A stretch of 26,379 bases of DNA, taken from positions 1 through 26,379 of IMG/VR virus record IMGVR_UViG_3300033145_001738, one strand, 5' to 3'. Both the position numbers and the translations under genes were made by a program. The stretch is from a virus. Taxonomy: Duplodnaviria > Caudoviricetes. Positions within the stretch are counted from its first letter, which is position 1. Every line of letters begins with the position of its first letter. The notes below the pieces were generated by a model. It was not told where the DNA came from and ran no database searches. It saw only the letters and a list, made by a program, of their open reading frames with translations. Positions 15,700-21,790 of the stretch are shown piece by piece.

Positions 15700-17385
15700 C
15701 TAAATCATGTTTTGGTATTCTGTCAACCTGTCCTGCAATACTACATAAGCATTAAGCAGGGCCACTGTACCGTCAATACGCTTAGTTCTCTTGGATGTCT
15801 TAACTGGCTGAATATTGCCGTTCTTGTCTTCTTCTTTAGCCGTATTGGCCAAACACCATTTAGTAATAGGGTTGTTGTTGTAAACAATCAGCTTGCTTTC
15901 CAAATCAGCTCCTAGCTGTTGCATAGGATTCGACAGGGTTTTTTTACCCTGGATAACCGGTATCATGCTTTCCTTGCCGAATTCACCCCGCATTTCCTCA
16001 ATCCAGTAGGTAGCTGACCAGCTGTCATAACCGACCCATGGAATGTAAATATCAAGTTCATCCTGGACCTCCAAGAACCACTCGGTTACATATTTGGCAT
16101 GGATCTTGTTCCCTGGGCAGGTTCTGACCAAGCCTTGTTCTAGCCATAAGTCATAAGGTATTTTGTCCTCCTTTACTCGCTGCTCAATCAAATCCTCTGC
16201 AATCCAAAACATAGGCAAAACATAGATATGATTATCGCCCGGTACCATAAATATTACTACTGCTCCGGTCAGGTCGGTTGTACTGGAAAGGTCGGCACCG
16301 CCGATCCCGTACCTCGGCCGCAATTCTGCTAAATCAAATGTAGCGGTATTGTTCAGTATTTCAAAAGGCAACCAGGCCTCGGAGCTGGTCTCCCGGATAT
16401 TGAACTCTTTGCATACCAGGTTCTTGACAAGAGCCGGATTAGCCTGAGCTTTTTTAACCTTCGCTGTTAACTGCTCCAGACTCTTAATAGTCCCTAATCC
16501 TGGGTTAGCCTTTTTCCAGCAGGCTGGCTCGGCCCATTCTTTACGGCTGTCGAGCTCATAAATAAAGGCTATAAAGTGCTCATCTTTATAGCCCTGTGGG
16601 TCAAAGTAGCCATTTATTACCCTTTCAGCTTCTTCGTACTTCTGGTCATATATATCTTCCCGGATTGTGCCGGCAGTTGATGTTATAAATATCAACGGCT
16701 GTTCCCGGGCTGTCGTTCCATCAGCCATTATGTCATATAAAACTTTGCCGTTCTTCCACTGATGAATTTCATCCATCAAGCAACCATGTATATTCAGGCC
16801 ATCCAGAGTATCACTATCGCTGGCCAGCGGTTTAAATACTCCGTCATTAAAATCACTTACCAATTCAGCGACCAATGCCCGGATTCTCTTTTTAAGCGCT
16901 GGTGATTTGTTCCTCATTCGTTTAGATTCAGCCCAGATGATTTTTGCCTGATCACGTTTGGTCGCTACTGCGTATACTTCGGGACCGGGCTCATTATCGC
17001 CCACCAATAAATAAAGTCCCACTGCGGAGGCTATAAGTGATTTACCGTTTTTCTTTCCGACAACGAGCACTGCTTCCCGGTATTTACGGCAGCCGGTAAT
17101 ATCTATAAACCCAAATACGGTGGCCAGCAGGGCCTTTTCCCATAGTTCCAAGATGACCGGCTTACCGCCCATCTTACCCTTTGAATGCTTGCAATAATTT
17201 TCGGTAAATTCAATTACATGGTTAGCCCGCTTCGGACTATAGTAATATTCACTACTGTTGTCGGTTAGGTCATAAACAACTTTTTGATATGTCTTTCTAA
17301 CCTTCTCACTGACTACTTCTTTGCCGGATTCTATCTGCTCCCAGTATTCCAAGATGGGGTTATATGCTAATGGATACTTTATCAC
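15700..17385 (-). CDS. terL: Terminase large subunit
   Basis: Walker A GKKNGKS, Walker B LMDEIH, STAG, KKANPGLG, nuclease GADLSSTTDLT and RIDG. Confidence 0.97.
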   Translation of the reverse strand: MIKYPLAYNPILEYWEQIESGKEVVSEKVRKTYQKVVYDLTDNSSEYYYSPKRANHVIEFTENYCKHSKGKMGGKPVILELWEKALLATVFGFIDITGCRKYREAVLVVGKKNGKSLIASAVGLYLLVGDNEPGPEVYAVATKRDQAKIIWAESKRMRNKSPALKKRIRALVAELVSDFNDGVFKPLASDSDTLDGLNIHGCLMDEIHQWKNGKVLYDIMADGTTAREQPLIFITSTAGTIREDIYDQKYEEAERVINGYFDPQGYKDEHFIAFIYELDSRKEWAEPACWKKANPGLGTIKSLEQLTAKVKKAQANPALVKNLVCKEFNIRETSSEAWLPFEILNNTATFDLAELRPRYGIGGADLSSTTDLTGAVVIFMVPGDNHIYVLPMFWIAEDLIEQRVKEDKIPYDLWLEQGLVRTCPGNKIHAKYVTEWFLEVQDELDIYIPWVGYDSWSATYWIEEMRGEFGKESMIPVIQGKKTLSNPMQQLGADLESKLIVYNNNPITKWCLANTAKEEDKNGNIQPVKTSKRTKRIDGTVALLNAYVVLQDRLTEYQNMI

Positions 17386-17774
17386 GTATCCTCACGCCCA
17401 TTTACGAAGTCGTCAAAACCATCGTTTTTTGGTTTGATTTCCCGTTTTGGTACCAGGTTACTAAGCTGTTTTATGATGCCCTGATAATTTTTGTTCATCG
17501 TATTGTAAAGTCGGGCAACCGGCCGCTCACGCTCATAAGGCTCAGTCTTTTCGGATTGGGTGAATAATTCTACATAACCCTTCTCATCCAAATCTTCTTC
17601 GTAATCCTCCAAAGTCACACGCATATATGCGGCGCGCTGGATCAGTCCGTCTATGATTGCCTTATTATCTTTATCTATTTTTTTGTAAATTCTTCTAAGT
17701 CGCCGTTCCTCTTTTTTTATCCGTTCAACTTTTGTTATGTTATCATTGCTCGCCACAATATCACCTCTTTTCAA
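17382..17774 (-). CDS. terS: Terminase small subunit
   Basis: 130 aa immediately upstream of terL; LIQRAAYM, ERPVARLYNTMNKNY. Confidence 0.85.
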   Translation of the reverse strand: MKRGDIVASNDNITKVERIKKEERRLRRIYKKIDKDNKAIIDGLIQRAAYMRVTLEDYEEDLDEKGYVELFTQSEKTEPYERERPVARLYNTMNKNYQGIIKQLSNLVPKREIKPKNDGFDDFVNGREDT

Positions 17775-17862
17775 ATAGGGGGGTCATGCGCATGACCTGT
17801 GTATTAAACGGAGCTCCCCTCCCCGGTCCCCTCATAGCAGGCAGCTATTTTAAAATAGGGGG
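17773..17862. other. Probable cos/packaging-initiation region
   Basis: Between HNH and terS; perfect 16-bp palindrome GGTCATGCGCATGACC (17782-17797), G/C tract CTCCCCTCCCCGGTCCCC, direct repeat AAATAGGGGGG (17773-17783, 17852-17862). Confidence 0.6.
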
Positions 17863-18171
17863 GCTCACCTCTACTGGCTGACCTGCTGCGTCAAACCTAC
17901 ACCGGCAGTCATCCTTGTTAACAAAATGTGCTTCTTCATAGTCATGGCAGCGCTTGCAAACATATTTCAGATGCTCATGGTTTAGTGCTACATCAGAATC
18001 ATTAATATTCACTGGCGTGAGTAGAATTTTGTGATGTACAATATATCCCAGTTCTTCCTGGCACTCCTCACACATTCCACCATCAATCCCGTGCCGCTTA
18101 GCTATATAACTAGCCCGGCATTTTTGCCAGGCTGCAGATTTATAAAATGTTTTAGCCCAATCTTTTGCCAT
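17845..18171 (-). CDS. Packaging-associated HNH endonuclease (HK97 gp74-like)
   Basis: FYKSAAW, CEEC, IVHHK, LN..HL..VCKRCH; adjacent to terS; ATG at 18171 likely (track start 18186). Confidence 0.9.
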   Translation of the reverse strand: MAKDWAKTFYKSAAWQKCRASYIAKRHGIDGGMCEECQEELGYIVHHKILLTPVNINDSDVALNHEHLKYVCKRCHDYEEAHFVNKDDCRCRFDAAGQPVEVSPPILK

Positions 18172-18185
18172 CACTTTCAACCCCA

Positions 18186-18209
18186 ATAAGAAAAGAGCCC
18201 GGAGGCTCT
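18186..18209 (-). terminator. Intrinsic terminator with UNCG loop
   Basis: Minus strand AGAGCC-TCCG-GGCTCT-TTTCTTATT. Confidence 0.7.
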
Positions 18210-18215
18210 AAAATG

Positions 18216-18440
18216 TTATTCTATCCGCTTAATCCATTCATTAATTAAAATCCAACCTTCTTCTCTGGAAACACCTTCCCATGACTCTACCATCTTGCCC
18301 GTAAAAACACGATTGCCTTCTACTGGAATTTCTATGATAAAAGCACATCCTTTGTCAGTACCCTTATATAAAACAAAATTTCCAATATAAGCCTTATCTT
18401 TGAATCTTTCAATCATCTTCACTTCTGGCCCGTTGCTCAT
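18216..18440 (-). CDS. Hypothetical moron-like protein
   Basis: 74 aa, RBS GGGAGGG, own sigma-H-like promoter upstream and terminator downstream. Confidence 0.75.
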   Translation of the reverse strand: MSNGPEVKMIERFKDKAYIGNFVLYKGTDKGCAFIIEIPVEGNRVFTGKMVESWEGVSREEGWILINEWIKRIE

Positions 18441-18469
18441 ACATATCCCTCCCCGCGTTTTCTACTCAA

Positions 18470-18528
18470 TTCGGCAAAAGGAAGGGTTTTCCTGCTAAGA
18501 AAATAACCGTCCTCCCGGACGGCTCCTT
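18470..18528 (-). repeat. 59-bp direct repeat, copy 1: terminator hairpin plus sigma-H-type promoter
   Basis: Identical to 18853-18911; minus strand GCCGTCC-ggga-GGACGGT-TATTTTCTT then GCAGGAAAA-N11-GCCGAAT. Confidence 0.9.
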
Positions 18529-18622
18529 CAATACCATACTACCACATTTTACCCTTTTTAGGCTTGCAGAAAACTTGCAAGTATTGTGTGACTAATTAAC
18601 CGCCTCAATTCGAAAATCTTAT

Positions 18623-18823
18623 TTAGATATCCTCTTCAATGGGTTCAGTGTTAATTATTAATATTTCATCGCTATCTGTAGGTTTTAGAAGTGGCGTTTT
18701 GGGTTTAGTTATGTTTGGAATTACTTTATCTGACTTCTTTGCCATTAACCAAATACTTATTTGAACTTCGGCATTTTTATTAGGCGCTTTACTTAACTCT
18801 TCGATTAATTCATAAACTTTTAT
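18623..18823 (-). CDS. 66-aa hypothetical protein with ATA (or ATT) start; possibly a start-lost pseudogene
   Basis: AAGGAGGTGA RBS then ATT ATA AAA GTT TAT GAA..., reading (M)KVYELIEELSKAPNKNAEVQI...EEDI*; not in the ORF track. Confidence 0.6.
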   Translation of the reverse strand: MKVYELIEELSKAPNKNAEVQISIWLMAKKSDKVIPNITKPKTPLLKPTDSDEILIINTEPIEEDI

Positions 18824-18852
18824 AATTTATTCACCTCCTTCCACCTCCATAC

Positions 18853-18911
18853 TTCGGCAAAAGGAAGGGTTTTCCTGCTAAGAAAATAACCGTCCTCCCG
18901 GACGGCTCCTT
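18853..18911 (-). repeat. 59-bp direct repeat, copy 2: terminator hairpin plus sigma-H-type promoter
   Basis: Identical to 18470-18528; the -10 here reads GCCGAAG. Confidence 0.9.
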
Positions 18912-18937
18912 ATTATACATTATAAATCATTTTTTGC

Positions 18938-19093
18938 CTAAAGTTGTCGCACGTTTGTCGCAGGTTTTTTGAAATTGCATTTCTTGCAAATATACCCTAT
19001 TTTATCAAGGGTAAACAGAGTGTAATAAATGACCGTTTCCGCTATATTTATTTCTTTGATAAACTTCCCGCATTTATCGCAACGGTAGCTCAT
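18938..19093 (-). CDS. 51-aa zinc-ribbon protein
   Basis: RBS AAGGAGTGAG; MSYRCDKCGKF...YICKKCNFKKPATNVRQL*; two CxxC pairs; below the ORF-track cutoff. Confidence 0.7.
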   Translation of the reverse strand: MSYRCDKCGKFIKEINIAETVIYYTLFTLDKIGYICKKCNFKKPATNVRQL

Positions 19094-19106
19094 TAACTCA
19101 CTCCTT

Positions 19107-19571
19107 TTAATACCACCCCAACCTCTCCGCTACCCCGTATATAAACCCTGTCCGGTAGCGGTGGAAGGTACTTTCATCTACTGCCAATATCTGGGCCATG
19201 TCTTGGGTATTCAGGTCGCACCTATTTACATTCCGCATCCGCGCCCGTATCTCTGCCGGCGGCTGCCAGTCTATTGCCAGGCCGTATTTTACCCACACCA
19301 CCCTCCGACCCTCATCCTTCGCCCTGGCGTACACTTCCCGGATAGCTCCGGTGATGCGCTCCATTTCCCGGAGGAGCACACTGTCGGCCAAACGGGTGGC
19401 GCGCCTTTCGACGATGCTGCCGGCCGGGCCGCCGCCGCTGACCTTGATTTTTTCTTCATGCCGACTTTCGTACATGATTTCAAGCCGCAGTTGCTTCATA
19501 GTCGCCAACGTGTCCTCATAGGCGTATATTTCGGCTTCTATGTGCCGGTATGCTGCCCGTTTTAGTTTCAC
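19107..19571 (-). CDS. RinA/ArpU-family late transcription regulator
   Basis: YRHIEAEIYAY start, ITGAIREVY, C-terminal HTH MAQILAVDESTFHRYR, VAERLGW end; upstream of the packaging genes. Confidence 0.88.
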   Translation of the reverse strand: MKLKRAAYRHIEAEIYAYEDTLATMKQLRLEIMYESRHEEKIKVSGGGPAGSIVERRATRLADSVLLREMERITGAIREVYARAKDEGRRVVWVKYGLAIDWQPPAEIRARMRNVNRCDLNTQDMAQILAVDESTFHRYRTGFIYGVAERLGWY

Positions 19572-19993
19572 CTTGCCACCCCGCTTAAAATATATTTCAC
19601 CGCTTCCTCCAGAGTTTCAACCCTCTTGGTTATATGCTCTTTCACCCAGGGGTTTTTCATTATTTCCCGCGCCGCGCCCCAGGCCACGACCGGTTTACGT
19701 ATCGTCTGGGCATATACTATTTCACCGACGGTCCCCAGGCTCGGATCCAGGTGGTTGAATTCCGCGAGAACAACATCGCTTTTGCATATCATGCCCTTGT
19801 TAGACTCAACTATTTTCCTCGCTGACGCATCTGCTGGAAGTACAGTAGGATCAAGTATTTCAATCCACGGGTGTTCAAGAAACTTTTTTGCCCATTTCCG
19901 CCAACCGCACATCTCAACTCTGGTAAGCCCGGCCATTTTCCCGGCTAAGTACACAACAATCTTGCTAGGCATATCAGCTAAGTACACATTCAT
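19568..19993 (-). CDS. Nucleoside 2-deoxyribosyltransferase-like (NDT/Rcl) protein
   Basis: VYLAG, LDP, SDVVLA, SLGTVGEIVYA, KPVV; ATG at 19993 after GGAGG (track start 20101 overlaps the upstream gene). Confidence 0.85.
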   Translation of the reverse strand: MNVYLADMPSKIVVYLAGKMAGLTRVEMCGWRKWAKKFLEHPWIEILDPTVLPADASARKIVESNKGMICKSDVVLAEFNHLDPSLGTVGEIVYAQTIRKPVVAWGAAREIMKNPWVKEHITKRVETLEEAVKYILSGVAR

Positions 19994-20019
19994 TTTTCTT
20001 CCTCCCCCACTCTTTCCCC

Positions 20020-20262
20020 TTACAGCGCCGAAACGTCTAAATACTCCCCGCACCGCGGGCAAACCAAGGTGCTGGTCGGCCCTACCATCTTGTACCCGCA
20101 CTTGCCGCAGACCAGCTTAACACCGTCCGGCATAAAGGCCGCATCCTCGCGGTCTTTTTTCGCCGCGTACCACGCCATGATCGCGATTATAGCTTTAAAC
20201 ACGTCAACCGCCTCACAATTGTCGAAAACAACAGCGTTCGTCCACATTTTTGGAATGTGCAT
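20020..20262 (-). CDS. Hypothetical protein with C-terminal zinc ribbon
   Basis: CGKCG...CPRCG; TAATG coupling to the upstream gene. Confidence 0.65.
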   Translation of the reverse strand: MHIPKMWTNAVVFDNCEAVDVFKAIIAIMAWYAAKKDREDAAFMPDGVKLVCGKCGYKMVGPTSTLVCPRCGEYLDVSAL

Positions 20263-20477
20263 TAGAGCAAGATGTCATTTCCGGAACAAATTCTTTCAAC
20301 CGAATATTTAATGACAACAGAGATAGGAAGATCTGCTTCGCCCTGTTTTAAATCTTTTTGCCATTGGATTTTGAATTTGTCCCATGCATGTACAGCATTT
20401 TTGGCTTTTACTATAGACCTTCCCGACCAAACATCCTTATTTACCTTGCAAAGATAATCAATTAGATAAAAATCCAT
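20262..20477 (-). CDS. Hypothetical phage protein
   Basis: ORF in operon orientation; likely start MDFYLIDY at 20477 after GGGGAG (track start 20504). Confidence 0.65.
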   Translation of the reverse strand: MDFYLIDYLCKVNKDVWSGRSIVKAKNAVHAWDKFKIQWQKDLKQGEADLPISVVIKYSVERICSGNDILL

Positions 20478-20574
20478 TTTCAACTCCCCTTTCAATTCAC
20501 ACAATAAGAGTCTATCTCGTCATTCGCGTAGTTCTTGAGTCCGTTCGCCCGAATTAAATCGATAAATAACTGTG

Positions 20575-20907
20575 TCAAGTTTTACGTCTTTTTGAGGCTA
20601 TCTTGTCAAGTGCCAACTGCCTCATACCGCCCAAGTGTTCCACATCCTCAATCCCCCGAGCAAGGACATACTCTCCTCCTGCGGCTTCTAGCTTGCGCTG
20701 GAATTTTTTCTGTCTCTCGCTCTGCCTTCCGCTGGGACGCTTAATTTCTATATGGACGACTTTTCCTTTTTTCACAGCTACCAAATCACTCAAACCCGGA
20801 TAACAGCCCAAACCCTGCAGGTTATAATACACAAACCAACCATTCCAGCGCAGGTATTCCTGGATTTGTCTGCGGATATCGGATTCCTTCACCCTAACTG
20901 GCTTCAT
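20575..20907 (-). CDS. VRR-NUC domain nuclease
   Basis: ESDI, GLSDL, IEIKRPSGRQSERQ PD-(D/E)xK pattern; likely ATG at 20907. Confidence 0.92.
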   Translation of the reverse strand: MKPVRVKESDIRRQIQEYLRWNGWFVYYNLQGLGCYPGLSDLVAVKKGKVVHIEIKRPSGRQSERQKKFQRKLEAAGGEYVLARGIEDVEHLGGMRQLALDKIASKRRKT

Positions 20908-21079
20908 CAACAATTCCCTCTTTCTTGGCCAACCTGACCAGCGCACTATATCGCTTTTCAGTTGCTATCAGCTTATATGCCGCTGCTTCTACAAACTCCG
21001 GCTCGGCCATTCCGAAGTCTTGTTCCGCTCTTTGCCACTCGGCCAAAGCTTCTCTTAGTTCTTTTCTTGTTACTGCCAT
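20894..21079 (-). CDS. Small helical protein, YaaL/DUF2508-like
   Basis: EW..A...F..AEPEFVEAAAY.L.A.EKRY..L.R.AK pattern. Confidence 0.7.
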   Translation of the reverse strand: MAVTRKELREALAEWQRAEQDFGMAEPEFVEAAAYKLIATEKRYSALVRLAKKEGIVDEAS

Positions 21080-21207
21080 CTCGATCTCTCCCCTTCCAGC
21101 GAATATTCCTCCGGCTCAATCGATCCGCCCAGGTGCCGCCAATTGTAAACGAAGGCCACTAGAGAAATAATGATTATAGTTCCAGCCGCTGCGAATATCA
21201 GCTTCAC
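21070..21207 (-). CDS. 45-aa single-TM hypothetical protein
   Basis: RBS GAAGGGTGA, GTG start, MKLIFAAAGTIIIISLVAFVYNWRH...RWQ*; not in the ORF track. Confidence 0.6.
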   Translation of the reverse strand: MKLIFAAAGTIIIISLVAFVYNWRHLGGSIEPEEYSLEGERSRWQ

Positions 21208-21256
21208 GGTATATCACCCTTCCATAAAATTAACACCTGATTTCCATTTTCTGACT

Positions 21257-21745
21257 TGCGGAATGTTGCGGAATGTTTGCGGAATGTTATAACACAACAT
21301 TCCGCAGCCGGAAGCCTTGGCGCGCAAGGGTTTAAGTACCCCTGCGGTATGTGCGGTATGTTATTCCCGACCCCTCCCCATATATATAAATTTTTAATAT
21401 AATTAAATAGAAAATTTTTTTCTCACGCGTAAGGGTACCGGAAAACATACCGCACATACCGCACATTCCGCAAGTATATAGAAAAACGAAGAAAATTGAA
21501 GCATTCGTGAGATATTAACATATCGATTTTGCGGGATGTTTGCGGGATGTACTATAACATTCCGCAAGTATATACTATTTTTATATACAATATATTATTA
21601 ATCGTATATACTTTAGTATATACTCTCGTATATGCCGAATTTTTTCATTTTTAAGGTCCGGAAAACATACCGCACATACCGCAATTTTTTAAACTTTTTT
21701 TTAGTGTCCGGAAAACATACCGCACATTCCGCAGAACATTCCGCA
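21257..21745. repeat. Iteron array, probable phage replication origin
   Basis: 17 copies of TGCGG(A/T/G)ATGT or its reverse complement in clusters separated by AT-rich tracts, right after the primase-helicase gene. Confidence 0.85.
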
Positions 21746-21790
21746 AGAAATTTTTAATTTTAAATCGTAAATCGATTGATTAATTATTAA

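Noticed and set aside
21257-21745. CRISPR array
   Set aside because: Repeats are 10 bp, in both orientations and irregularly spaced; no cas genes
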